DNA of 32,000 bases from Gilliamella sp. App6-5 (GTDB lineage Bacteria > Pseudomonadota > Gammaproteobacteria > Enterobacterales > Orbaceae). Both the position numbers and the translations under genes were made by a program. Shown here one piece after another: positions 1-9,158 of the stretch. The notes beneath the pieces are model-generated. The model saw nothing but the letters and a program-made list of their open reading frames with translations, did no database searches and was not told where the DNA came from. Each line of letters starts with the position of its first letter. The first letter of the stretch is position 1. The DNA is taken from the NCBI RefSeq assembly GCF_001690525.1, contig NZ_LZGT01000104.1, positions 4,727 to 36,726 on the forward strand. The letters are read 5' to 3'.

Positions 1-1
1 A

Positions 2-694
2 CCTGTTAGTTTTGCTGATGGTTATCCCTATTTATTATTAAACAAGGCTTCATTTGAATATTTACAACATCAATGCCCACAAAAGCTGGATATTAGGCAA
101 TTTCGCGGTAATATTATTATACAAGGTGCACTGCCTTTTGCTGAAGATGGTTGGAAAACAATCAAAGTTGGTGAGGTGATTTTTGATATTGTTAAACCTT
201 GCACTCGCTGTGTATTAACAACAATTGATGTCAATTCGGCAGAACCATTAGCTAATAATGAACCGCTTAAAACGTTACGATATTTTAGAGCCGATGAGCA
301 AGGTCAAATCGATTTTGGTGTAAATATGATTGCTCGGAATCATGGAACTATTTCGATTCACGATAAAGTAAAAATCATGGAAAGGCAAATAGCCAAAAAC
401 TATATTAAGACCTTTCCACCGAAAATAAAAAGTGAAGCACAACTTTGCACAATCACTTTTGAAGATAAAACGATTAAAGTTAATAATAAGCAAACTATCT
501 TAGAGCAGCTAGAACAGCATAAAATAGCTTTACCTTATTCTTGTCGTGCAGGTGTTTGTGGGCGTTGTTTGGTTGAATTAAAACAAGGTGAAGTCAGTGC
601 ATTAACACAATCTGCGATTAAACGTCATAATAAAATTTTAGCTTGTAGCTGTATTCCTAAAGGAGATATTACAATTAGATTACTTAAGAAATAG
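2..694 (+). CDS. ycbX: MOSC domain / 2Fe-2S ferredoxin fusion protein YcbX (5' end lies outside the window)
   Basis: Frame 2 is open from base 2 (PVSFADGYPYLLLNKASFEYLQ...). The track ORF 176..694 begins at an internal GTG. It has the MOSC core VKPCTRC and a C-terminal plant-type ferredoxin Cys pattern (YSCRAGVCGRC...CSC). It is convergent with zapC, as in E. coli. Confidence 0.85.
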   Translation, partial: PVSFADGYPYLLLNKASFEYLQHQCPQKLDIRQFRGNIIIQGALPFAEDGWKTIKVGEVIFDIVKPCTRCVLTTIDVNSAEPLANNEPLKTLRYFRADEQGQIDFGVNMIARNHGTISIHDKVKIMERQIAKNYIKTFPPKIKSEAQLCTITFEDKTIKVNNKQTILEQLEQHKIALPYSCRAGVCGRCLVELKQGEVSALTQSAIKRHNKILACSCIPKGDITIRLLKK

Positions 695-1256
695 CTTTAA
701 ATCCTAAATTATCTAATACTAGCTTTTGTTCAGTTAAGTTTTTCTTTACGGGCATTAATCTATCATTCATCACTTTAATTGCTTCAGAAAACACAAACGT
801 TTTATTCATAGCAATAAACGAAGGTTGCGCAATAATACAAAGCGATGCATTTTCACCCGCTTCAACAACCATCAAACAAACCTTTTGACCACCATCTTGC
901 AAACTTACCTCAACAATATCGGCTATTTTAGGTGTATGTAGCATTGGCTGCTGAGAAAAATACCAGCTTTTGGGCATTTGAGGTTTTAAAAAATTAGCTG
1001 CCACAATTGCATTAATGGATAGTTCAATTTTTTGTGAATCACTCAAATTAAGTAACTGACAACTATCACGAAATAGGTAATAAGACGTTGCATCACTAAC
1101 AGAAAATGGAAATTCTCCAAAAACATCAGGAATTAACATTTTACTTGGATAACAAGAACGGAATAACATTTCAGATGAAACTTCAAGCATTAAACTATCG
1201 TATTCACTGTCAAAATACCAACGCCAACAATCAGTTGGTCGAAAAGCCATTTTCAT
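684..1256 (-). CDS. zapC: Cell division protein ZapC
   Basis: The 190-aa product is colinear with E. coli ZapC as I recall it (WRWYFD..., LKPQMPKSW, VVEAGENASLC, IKVMNDRL). It has the E. coli-like ycbX neighbour. The convergent 3' ends overlap by 11 nt. Confidence 0.85.
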   Translation of the reverse strand: MKMAFRPTDCWRWYFDSEYDSLMLEVSSEMLFRSCYPSKMLIPDVFGEFPFSVSDATSYYLFRDSCQLLNLSDSQKIELSINAIVAANFLKPQMPKSWYFSQQPMLHTPKIADIVEVSLQDGGQKVCLMVVEAGENASLCIIAQPSFIAMNKTFVFSEAIKVMNDRLMPVKKNLTEQKLVLDNLGFKAIS

Positions 1257-1460
1257 TGATATGTTATCCTCGTCAAGCGAATTAAATTAATTCAAGAAGA
1301 TAACATAACTTAGTTAAAAAATAAATAAAAAGTTAAAGCAAAAATCATTTAATTATATAATTTTTAAAAACTTTAAAGATATAAGAAAAAAATCGAAATA
1401 AACTAAACTAAATCATATTTATATCTATTTTAATGAATTTATATCCCTTTAGATTAATTT

Positions 1461-1502
1461 ATTTTTATACTAAAACATATGATTTCCTGAAAGTTTTTTA
1501 CA
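1461..1502. repeat. Copy A of a 42-bp repeat (37/42 identical to 28731..28772, same orientation)
   Basis: Direct comparison: atttttatactaaaacaTATgAtttcctgaaaGttttttaca versus atttttatactaaaacaCTAgTtttcctgaaaCttttttaca. It lies in the zapC-ilvC spacer. Confidence 0.7.
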
Positions 1503-1530
1503 ATAAAGTTTAGCTATAGATTTTGAATAT

Positions 1531-1560
1531 AAAAGGTGCTTTTCAGCACCTTTTTATTTT
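1531..1560. terminator. Rho-independent terminator downstream of ilvC (bidirectional shape)
   Basis: The hairpin is aaaaGGTGCttttcaGCACCttttt, with T-runs on both strands. It sits 20-45 nt past the ilvC stop. Confidence 0.7.
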
Positions 1561-1576
1561 ATGAAATCATCATTAA

Positions 1577-3055
1577 TTAACTTGCAACATTAATACGTTT
1601 CATATCTGTCATATAACTACGTAGTTTGCGACCAATTATTTCAATTGGATGATTACGAATTTCTTCATTCACATCGCGTAATAGTGCATTATCAACACTA
1701 CCTTCTGGGATCGCTTTACCCAGATCGCCTGATTGCAACATTGGCATAAATTTTTCTCTTAATAGTGGTACAGCGGCATTAGCAAATAGATAGTTACCAT
1801 ATTCAGCTGTGTCAGAAATTACCACATTCATTTCATATAAACGTTTACGCGCAATGGTATTAGCAATAAGTGGTAATTCATGTAATGATTCATAATAAGC
1901 TGATTCAGCTAAAATACCAGATTCAAGCATAGTTTCGAACGCAAGTTCAACACCTGCTTTTACCATTGCAATCATCACTACGCCTTGATCAAAATAAGCT
2001 TGTTCATCAATTTTACCTTGATATTCAGCCGCTTTTTCAAATGCGGTTTCACCCGTTTCTTTGCGCCATTTAAGTAGGTTAACATCATCATTTGCCCAGT
2101 CTTTCATCATGGTTGATGAGAACTCGCCAGAGATAATATCATCCATATGCTTACGGTAAAGATCCGTCATAATCACCTTTAATTCTTTTGCTAAGGCATT
2201 TGCTCTTAATTTAGCTGGATTTGATAGACGATCCATCATTAAGGTAATTCCCCCTTGTTTTAATGCTTCAGTGATTGTTTCCCAACCGAACTGAAGTAAT
2301 TTACAAGCATAAGCAGGATCGACACCATCAGCAACCAGTTTATCAAAACAAAGTAATGATCCAGTTTGTAACATACCACAAAGGATGGTTTGTTCACCCA
2401 TTAAATCAGACTTAACTTCGGCAACAAATGACGATTGTAAAACACCAGCACGATGTCCACCAGTTGCCGCAGCCCATGCTTTGGCGATCGCTAACCCTTC
2501 ACCTTTTGGATCGTTTTCTGGATGAACTGCGATCAGTGTCGGTACGCCAAATCCACGTTTATACTCTTCACGCACTTCAGTCCCTGGGCATTTAGGTGCA
2601 ACCATAACAACAGTGATATCAGAACGAATCTTTTCGCCTACTTCAACAATATTAAAACCGTGAGAGTAACCTAGTGCTGCGCCTTGTTTCATTAATGGTA
2701 GGACGGCTTGCACAACGGCTGAATGTTGCTTATCAGGCGTTAAGTTAATAACAAGATCCGCAGTTGGAATTAATTCTTCGTAACTCCCTACTTTAAAACC
2801 GTTTTCAGTTGCTTTTTTCCAAGAAGCACGTTTTTCGGCAATGGCATCTTTACGTAATGCATAAGATATATCTAAACCTGAATCACGCATATTAAGACCT
2901 TGGTTAAGGCCTTGAGCTCCACAACCAACAATGACAATTTTTTTACCTTTTAAAAAGTTAGCTTCTGATGCAAACTCATCACGAGCCATAAAACGACATT
3001 GGCCTAATTGTTCTAATTTTTCACGTAAATTGAGTGTATTAAAGTAGTTTGACAT
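1577..3055 (-). CDS. ilvC: Ketol-acid reductoisomerase
   Basis: The product matches E. coli IlvC ([23 protein letters not shown]...). The track start at 3067 is a TTG. The ATG at 3055 is preceded by GGAGAG and reproduces the canonical N-terminus. Confidence 0.97.
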   Translation of the reverse strand: MSNYFNTLNLREKLEQLGQCRFMARDEFASEANFLKGKKIVIVGCGAQGLNQGLNMRDSGLDISYALRKDAIAEKRASWKKATENGFKVGSYEELIPTADLVINLTPDKQHSAVVQAVLPLMKQGAALGYSHGFNIVEVGEKIRSDITVVMVAPKCPGTEVREEYKRGFGVPTLIAVHPENDPKGEGLAIAKAWAAATGGHRAGVLQSSFVAEVKSDLMGEQTILCGMLQTGSLLCFDKLVADGVDPAYACKLLQFGWETITEALKQGGITLMMDRLSNPAKLRANALAKELKVIMTDLYRKHMDDIISGEFSSTMMKDWANDDVNLLKWRKETGETAFEKAAEYQGKIDEQAYFDQGVVMIAMVKAGVELAFETMLESGILAESAYYESLHELPLIANTIARKRLYEMNVVISDTAEYGNYLFANAAVPLLREKFMPMLQSGDLGKAIPEGSVDNALLRDVNEEIRNHPIEIIGRKLRSYMTDMKRINVAS

Positions 3056-3114
3056 TATTCTCTCCAAGAGTTGAGTTATTCATAATCGAATATTAACCAC
3101 TATATAGTACTTTT

Positions 3115-3167
3115 AATGTTGCTAAAATTGATATATTAACAACACAATGTTGCATAAATTGCAACAT
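3115..3167. promoter_or_regulatory. Tandem LysR-type (IlvY-like) operator candidates in the ilvC upstream region
   Basis: A perfect dyad ATGTTGCA-taaat-TGCAACAT lies at 3147..3167 and contains a T-N11-A core. A 14/16 direct copy of its left half, AATGTTGCtaAAATTG, lies at 3115..3130, 31 bp closer to ilvC. That copy overlaps a -35-like TTAGCA on the minus strand. Confidence 0.4.
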
Positions 3168-3228
3168 ACTTGCTAAGTTCAGTACTTTCTTTTAATCTAA
3201 GCCACTCTCAATTCACCAATCAATCAAT

Positions 3229-3465
3229 ATGGATGCTCGATATAAGCAAGCAAATAAAGAAGCTAAACTTTCGTTATTATTAACTTTTATTTATCTTCTC
3301 GGATGGATTTTTTGTGCTTACTGTGTTAACGATAAACTAGGATTTTTAGGACTTCCATTGTGGTTTGAATTATCTTGCATCATGGTACCTTTAGGTTTTA
3401 TATTACTTTGCTGCTTGGTTGTAAAATTTCAATTCAAAAATATCTCATTAGAACAAACTAAGTGA
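3229..3465 (+). CDS. yhdT: Small membrane protein YhdT (DUF997), upstream partner of panF
   Basis: The 78-aa product has two TM segments and is colinear with E. coli YhdT as recalled (MD.R..QA.KEA..., WFE..CI..PL). It sits immediately upstream of panF, as in E. coli. Confidence 0.8.
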   Translation: MDARYKQANKEAKLSLLLTFIYLLGWIFCAYCVNDKLGFLGLPLWFELSCIMVPLGFILLCCLVVKFQFKNISLEQTK

Positions 3466-3472
3466 TTAAACA

Positions 3473-4924
3473 ATGCATTTAGATATTATTGTACCGCTTG
3501 TCATCTATCTTATTTTTGTGTTTGCGTTATCAATTTATGCTTATGTGAAACGCAAAAAGGTAAATGAATTTACTGATTACTTTATTGGTAATCGAACCAT
3601 GGGGGGCTTTTTACTCGCCATGACACTAGCTGCAACTTATATAAGTGCTAGCTCATTCATTGGTGGACCTGGCGCTGCTTATAAATTTGGTCTTGGTTGG
3701 GTGTTATTGTCGATGATCCAAGTCCCAACTGTGCTACTTTCGCTTGGTATTTTAGGTAAAAAATTTGCCATTTTAGCACGCAAATATAATGCAATAACCT
3801 TAAGTGATATGCTTTATGCACACTATAAAAGTAAAACCATAGTTTGGTTTGCAAGTATCGCATTAGTTGTTGCTTTTATTGGCGCGATGACAGTACAGTT
3901 TGTCGGTGGCGCACGATTATTGGAATCATCTGTTGGTATTTCTTATGATATCGGATTATTAATTTTTGGTATTGGTACCGTTATCTATACCGCTTTTGGT
4001 GGGTTTAGAGCGAGTATTTTAAATGATGCCTTCCAAGGCCTAGTAATGATCATTGGTGCCATCTTACTATTAACAGCTATTATTTATGCTGGTGGCGGTA
4101 TAACAGCAATTATTCACCGTTTGAATGAAATTGACCCTGCACTACTCACACCACAAGGTCCTGACAATTTTATGGACTTTCCATTTATGGCTTCATTTTG
4201 GGTTCTTGTCTGTTTTGCCGTAGTTGGTTTACCTCATACAGCGGTTCGTTGCATGGCGTACAAAGACAGTAAAGCCGTACATAAAGGTATTATTATTGGT
4301 ACGATTGTTGTCACAATCATTATGTTAACCATGCATCTATCTGGCGCACTAGGTAGAGCTATTATTAGCGATTTAACTGTTCCAGATCAAATCGTTCCTA
4401 CCTTAATAATTAACATTATGCCACCATTAGCCGCTGGCATCTTTTTGGCTGCACCACTTGCAGCTATTATGTCGACAATTAACGCCCAGTTATTACAAGT
4501 TTCATCAGTGATTATTAAAGACCTATTTTTAAGTATGAAACATAACAAAAACTATAGTGATAAAATGTTAACGCGCAAATCTGTTATCATCACCTTTATT
4601 TTTGGCGGATTACTTATTTTTGCGGCTAGGAATCCACCAAATATGATTATATGGTTAAATTTGCTTGCGTTTGGTGGACTTGAAGCCGTATTTTTATGGC
4701 CATTAGTGCTTGGACTTTATTGGAAAAAAGCCAATTCAACAGGTGCTTTATGTTCTATGTTTGCTGGTGCAATAAGCTATATTTTATTAGCTGTTTACAA
4801 TATAAAGCTTTATGCTTTTCATCCAATTATCCCATCCTTAATTATTGGATTGGTAGTATTTATTATCGCCAATATGTTTGGTAATACAGGAAAAAACTAT
4901 GCCTTGGATACAACTCAGAATTAA
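3473..4924 (+). CDS. panF: Sodium/pantothenate symporter
   Basis: The product is 483 aa, the same length as E. coli PanF, with high similarity ([61 protein letters not shown]). Confidence 0.95.
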   Translation: MHLDIIVPLVIYLIFVFALSIYAYVKRKKVNEFTDYFIGNRTMGGFLLAMTLAATYISASSFIGGPGAAYKFGLGWVLLSMIQVPTVLLSLGILGKKFAILARKYNAITLSDMLYAHYKSKTIVWFASIALVVAFIGAMTVQFVGGARLLESSVGISYDIGLLIFGIGTVIYTAFGGFRASILNDAFQGLVMIIGAILLLTAIIYAGGGITAIIHRLNEIDPALLTPQGPDNFMDFPFMASFWVLVCFAVVGLPHTAVRCMAYKDSKAVHKGIIIGTIVVTIIMLTMHLSGALGRAIISDLTVPDQIVPTLIINIMPPLAAGIFLAAPLAAIMSTINAQLLQVSSVIIKDLFLSMKHNKNYSDKMLTRKSVIITFIFGGLLIFAARNPPNMIIWLNLLAFGGLEAVFLWPLVLGLYWKKANSTGALCSMFAGAISYILLAVYNIKLYAFHPIIPSLIIGLVVFIIANMFGNTGKNYALDTTQN

Positions 4925-5765
4925 TACAACTAACGATCTTGCCGAACAAATTAGCGAACGATTAGAAGAGTCTGGCGCGGCATCAGTCACGTTTCAAGAC
5001 ACTTATGATAATCCTGTTTTCGAACCATTACCGGGAGAAACTAAACTCTGGGGTAATACTGATGTAATTGGTCTATATGATGCTCAAACAGATATCGATG
5101 AATTAAAAGCAATATTAAATCTTGAACAATATTCTTATAAGATTGAACAATTAGAAGATAAAGACTGGGAACGTGAATGGATGGATAACTTTCATCCTAT
5201 GCAATTTGGTAAACGGCTTTGGATATGCCCAAGTTGGCGCGATGTGCCCGATGCTAACGCTGTCAATGTCATGTTAGATCCTGGTTTAGCATTTGGCACC
5301 GGTACTCATCCCACTACTGCGTTATGCTTAACTTGGCTAGATAGTTTAGATCTTAAAGATAAATTAGTTATTGATTATGGTTGTGGGTCTGGCATTTTGG
5401 CAATTGCAGCACTTAAATTAGGTGCAAAGCGCGTAATTGGTATTGATATCGATCCTCAAGCTATTCAAGCTAGCCGTGACAATGCGCTGCGTAATGATGT
5501 CAGCCAAAAACTAGAACTTTATTTATCAAAAGATATCCCTGATAATTTACAAGCAGATATCCTTGTTGCCAATATTTTAGCAGGACCATTAAAAGAACTT
5601 GAACCGCATATAAACAAATTAGTAAAATCGCAAGGGAAACTAGGATTATCTGGTATTTTAGCAACTCAATCGCCTAGTGTTTGCATGGCTTATCAATCTC
5701 ATTTTGCATTAGATCCTGTTATTGAACAGGAAGAGTGGTGCCGTATCACTGGTAAAAAAAAGTAA
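4899..5765 (+). CDS. prmA: Ribosomal protein L11 methyltransferase
   Basis: [11 protein letters not shown]... matches the E. coli PrmA N-terminus. An AGGA lies 7 nt upstream of the ATG at 4899. The track start at 4878 adds 7 unsupported residues. The gene overlaps the panF 3' end by 26 nt. Confidence 0.95.
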   Translation: MPWIQLRINTTNDLAEQISERLEESGAASVTFQDTYDNPVFEPLPGETKLWGNTDVIGLYDAQTDIDELKAILNLEQYSYKIEQLEDKDWEREWMDNFHPMQFGKRLWICPSWRDVPDANAVNVMLDPGLAFGTGTHPTTALCLTWLDSLDLKDKLVIDYGCGSGILAIAALKLGAKRVIGIDIDPQAIQASRDNALRNDVSQKLELYLSKDIPDNLQADILVANILAGPLKELEPHINKLVKSQGKLGLSGILATQSPSVCMAYQSHFALDPVIEQEEWCRITGKKK

Positions 5766-5801
5766 AAAAATAACGTTACCCCCTTTTAAGTTAGAGAAAA
5801 A

Positions 5802-6809
5802 ATGCGTAATATAGCCGGCCTTAATTTGCTTAGCATTGGTGAGATTAAATTAAAAAATAATTTAATTGCTGCGCCAATGGCTGGAATCAGCGATAAACCA
5901 TTTCGTAATTTGTGCTATCAGTTTGGTGCTGGTATGACAGTTTCAGAAATGTTTTTAGCAAATTCAGATGTTTGGCATACCAATAAATCAGCTCTGCGGA
6001 TGATTGCAAGCGAGGATATTGGTGTTCGTGCAGTGCAGATTGTTGGTTCCGATCCCGACGAAATGGCTAGAGCTGCAGAATTTAACGTCAAACATGGCGC
6101 TCAATTGATTGATATCAATATGGGATGTCCAGCTAAAAAGGTCAATAAAAAATTGGCAGGATCTGCTTTAATGCAGTATCCAGAACTTATTAAAAAAATT
6201 TTGCAGAAAGTTGTCGGTGCAGTTGATGTTCCGGTAACATTAAAAACGCGGACTGGATGGAATAAAGATCATAGAAATTGCATAGAAATCGCACAGATTG
6301 CACAGGATTGTGGCATAAAGGCAATTACTATTCATGGACGAACACGTGCTTGCTTATTCAATGGTGTGGCTGAATATGACTCTATTAAGGCAGTTAAAGA
6401 AAACGTTACGATTCCTGTAATTGCCAATGGAGATATTTGTACACCTGAACAGGCAAAAGATGTTTTTCAATATACGCAAGCTGATGCTATAATGATCGGC
6501 CGAGCGGCACAGGGGCGACCTTGGATATTTGAAGAAATTGCATTCTATTTAACACATGGACAGTTACAAAATAATAAAACTATTGATGAAGTAGAACAAG
6601 TTGTATTGTCACATCTTGATGAGCTTTATCAATTTTATGGAGAATACAAAGGATTAAGGATTGCCAGAAAGCATGTAAATTGGTACACCAAGAATTATGC
6701 TGACAGCGATCAATTCAGGCGCTTATTTAGTGTACTTAGCAATACAAGTGAGCAAGTAAACACTCTAAAAGCATTTTTTAGTCAAATTAGAAACAACCCA
6801 AAGAGTTAA
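5802..6809 (+). CDS. dusB: tRNA-dihydrouridine synthase B
   Basis: It carries strong DusB motifs ([48 protein letters not shown]) and sits upstream of fis, as in E. coli. Confidence 0.95.
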   Translation: MRNIAGLNLLSIGEIKLKNNLIAAPMAGISDKPFRNLCYQFGAGMTVSEMFLANSDVWHTNKSALRMIASEDIGVRAVQIVGSDPDEMARAAEFNVKHGAQLIDINMGCPAKKVNKKLAGSALMQYPELIKKILQKVVGAVDVPVTLKTRTGWNKDHRNCIEIAQIAQDCGIKAITIHGRTRACLFNGVAEYDSIKAVKENVTIPVIANGDICTPEQAKDVFQYTQADAIMIGRAAQGRPWIFEEIAFYLTHGQLQNNKTIDEVEQVVLSHLDELYQFYGEYKGLRIARKHVNWYTKNYADSDQFRRLFSVLSNTSEQVNTLKAFFSQIRNNPKS

Positions 6810-6816
6810 GAATACT

Positions 6817-7113
6817 ATGTCAGAACAACGCGTTACAGCTGCAGCACTTAAATTTACAACTGTAAATTCTCAGGACCAAATAACACAAAAGCCGTTGCGA
6901 GATTCCGTAAAGCAAGCTTTAAAAAATTATTTATCGCAATTAAATGGTGAAGATCCTACAGATCTATATGATTTAGTGTTAGCTGAAGTTGAACATCCAT
7001 TCCTTGATATGGTTATGCAATATACCCGTGGTAATCAAACCAGAGCTGCAAATATGCTTGGTATCAACCGAGGTACACTACGCAAAAAATTAAAGCAATA
7101 TGGAATGAGTTAA
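6817..7113 (+). CDS. fis: DNA-binding protein Fis
   Basis: The 98-aa product is near-identical to E. coli Fis across the C-terminal HTH ([30 protein letters not shown]). Confidence 0.97.
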   Translation: MSEQRVTAAALKFTTVNSQDQITQKPLRDSVKQALKNYLSQLNGEDPTDLYDLVLAEVEHPFLDMVMQYTRGNQTRAANMLGINRGTLRKKLKQYGMS

Positions 7114-7141
7114 TTAACTATTATTCTATTGTTAATATGAC

Positions 7142-7172
7142 AAAAAAGCGCCTTCCTGTAAGGCGCTTTTTT
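7142..7172 (+). terminator. Rho-independent terminator of dusB-fis
   Basis: The hairpin is aaaaaaGCGCCTTcctgtAAGGCGCtttttt. Confidence 0.8.
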
Positions 7173-7191
7173 GCTGATAAATAAAAAACTT

Positions 7192-7245
7192 TAATGAATC
7201 CTTCATAAAATGAATAAAGATATTGCTAATGAATTTTTCATAAAA
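7192..7245. promoter_or_regulatory. Duplicated 19-bp palindromic motif upstream of yebC
   Basis: TAATGAATnnTTCATAAAA occurs at 7192..7210 and 7227..7245 with 17/19 identity. Each copy holds the dyad ATGAA-N3-TTCAT, and the centres are 35 bp apart. A half-site ATGAAT lies at 7210..7215. The second copy covers the -35/spacer of a TAAAAT -10 at 7252..7257. Confidence 0.3.
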
Positions 7246-7294
7246 GTTTGCTAAAATACGGCGATTTTTTAAATTATTTAATCTGGAGAATTTT

Positions 7295-8038
7295 ATGGCA
7301 GGTCATAGTAAATGGGCCAATACCAAACACCGCAAAGCAGCACAAGATGCAAAACGCGGAAAAATCTTTACCAAAATTATTCGTGAGTTGGTAACCGCAG
7401 CAAAACTTGGTGGTGGCGATCCAGCGTCAAATCCACGACTACGCGCTGCAATGGATAAAGCATTATCGAATAATATGACTCGAGATACCATGAATCGAGC
7501 CGTTGCTCGTGGTGTTGGCGGTGAAGATGATAGCAATATGGAAACAATTATTTATGAAGGCTATGGTCCCGCAGGTACAGCTGTCATGGTTGAATGTCTA
7601 AGTGATAATCGCAACCGTACGGTATCAGAAGTGCGTCACGCCTTTACTAAATCTGGTGGTAACTTAGGTACTGATGGCTCAGTTTCATATTTATTCACTA
7701 AAAAAGGGGTTATTTCATACCCTGTTGGCACAGATGAAGATAAAGTCATGGACGCAGCACTTGAAGCAGGTGCCGATGATGTTGTAACTTATGATGACGG
7801 TGCAATTGATGTATTTACGACACCTGAATCATTTGGTGAAGTTAAAGATGCACTTGATGCAGCAGGTTTAGTTGCCGAAGCTGCCGAAGTATCTATGATT
7901 CCATCAACAAAAGTGGATCTTGATATTGAATCTGCACCAAAACTATTACGTTTAATTGATATGCTTGAAGATTGTGATGATGTTCAAGAAGTTTACCATA
8001 ATGGTGAAGTCTCAGATGAGGTAGCAGCAACACTCTAA
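7295..8038 (+). CDS. yebC: YebC/PmpR-family transcriptional regulator
   Basis: The 247-aa product is almost colinear with E. coli YebC ([27 protein letters not shown]...[19 protein letters not shown]). Confidence 0.95.
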   Translation: MAGHSKWANTKHRKAAQDAKRGKIFTKIIRELVTAAKLGGGDPASNPRLRAAMDKALSNNMTRDTMNRAVARGVGGEDDSNMETIIYEGYGPAGTAVMVECLSDNRNRTVSEVRHAFTKSGGNLGTDGSVSYLFTKKGVISYPVGTDEDKVMDAALEAGADDVVTYDDGAIDVFTTPESFGEVKDALDAAGLVAEAAEVSMIPSTKVDLDIESAPKLLRLIDMLEDCDDVQEVYHNGEVSDEVAATL

Positions 8039-8526
8039 TGGCCATTATTCTTGGCATCGATCCTGGCTCTCGTTTGACGGGTTACGGCGTAATCCAACAA
8101 ACGGGACGTCAACTCACTTATCTTGGTAGTGGATGCATTCGTACTGCAGTTGATGATTTACCTACCCGTTTAAAACGCGTATATGCTGGTGTTGGTGAAA
8201 TTATCTTACAATTTCAACCAGATATGTTTGCTATTGAACAAGTGTTTATGGCTCGTAATGCTGACTCCGCATTGAAATTAGGCCAAGCAAGGGGCGCTGC
8301 AATTGTCGCAGCTGTTAATAATAATCTACCTGTTTTTGAATATGCTGCTCGTTTAGTTAAGCAGTGCGTAGTAGGAACAGGCGCTGCCGATAAAAAGCAA
8401 GTGCAACATATGGTCAAATTATTATTAAAGCTACCAGCTAGTCCTCAAGCTGATGCTGCCGATGCTTTGGCTATAGCAATAACCCATGCCCACACCAGTC
8501 AACAGCTGATGAAGTCTCGTAAGTAA
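8038..8526 (+). CDS. ruvC: Holliday junction resolvase RuvC
   Basis: [18 protein letters not shown]... with the conserved [16 protein letters not shown]. The start overlaps the yebC stop (TAATG). At 162 aa, the product is about 11 aa shorter at the C-terminus than E. coli RuvC as recalled. Confidence 0.95.
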   Translation: MAIILGIDPGSRLTGYGVIQQTGRQLTYLGSGCIRTAVDDLPTRLKRVYAGVGEIILQFQPDMFAIEQVFMARNADSALKLGQARGAAIVAAVNNNLPVFEYAARLVKQCVVGTGAADKKQVQHMVKLLLKLPASPQADAADALAIAITHAHTSQQLMKSRK

Positions 8527-8996
8527 AATTGTAAGAATTCCAATGTTATCTGATTATTAGGGAACACTAATGTTTCAACTAATGGAAAAGAGTCATAAAA
8601 TGCTTTTATAATATTTTCAAAAAAAGTATAAAAATAGTGCTGATAACACACTTTCTTTAAAGTTTTTTACGTACCTATTTATTATTTTTGCCAACATAGT
8701 TAGCGAACTTTTTAATTACGAATCACTTATTAGATCTTGTAATTTTGAAAACATAACAAAAAAGAAAATAATGTATAATTATGCCAAAATAATCATTGAT
8801 GAATATCTTGTTGATTAGATTATTTACTACTTTTCCTTTAATTCTCTTAACATTTTCAGTTGCAACAGATGCCATTCTTCCCATTGTATCTCTTAGGATT
8901 TTTCCATTATCAGTTTTAAATGAAGCAAATTATTCTATTCCATTCTCATCCACTTAAAAATACGTAGCTTCAACAAATCCGAATTTGCTTGCATAA

Positions 8997-9026
8997 AAAA
9001 TGCGCTAATCTCAAATAGCGCATTTT
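8997..9026. terminator. Terminator downstream of the RND operon (bidirectional shape)
   Basis: The hairpin is aaaaaaTGCGCTAatctcaaaTAGCGCAtttt. On the minus strand the hairpin is followed by TTTTTTAT, about 135 nt past the pump stop. Confidence 0.65.
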
Positions 9027-9158
9027 AAATTCAATTATTTTATTCTAAAGCTATTAGAAAATAATTGGCTCAATTAAGTGTAAAAAATATTTTTGTTCAT
9101 CCTTATGCATAGCAAAAGCTAGAGAAGTATAAGCGTTTTATATTACTTTACATATAAA

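Noticed and set aside
275-493. 72-aa minus-strand ORF inside ycbX. The same applies to the analogous shadow ORFs 3657..3863, 4696..4884, 7303..7536, 8214..8417, 15531..15803, 18852..19055, 19187..19375, 20635..20829, 21794..21991, 22316..22501, 22386..22583, 22995..23192, 27180..27440 and 29166..29366.
   Set aside because: Each is nested in or antisense to a CDS with clear orthology. All are short, lack an SD and have an implausible composition.
3056-3067. Upstream-extended starts in the ORF track: ilvC at TTG 3067, prmA at 4878, and ycfH at GTG 21214.
   Set aside because: In each case an internal ATG with a Shine-Dalgarno sequence reproduces the canonical orthologue N-terminus ([25 protein letters not shown]). 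The extensions overlap upstream genes or the SD itself.
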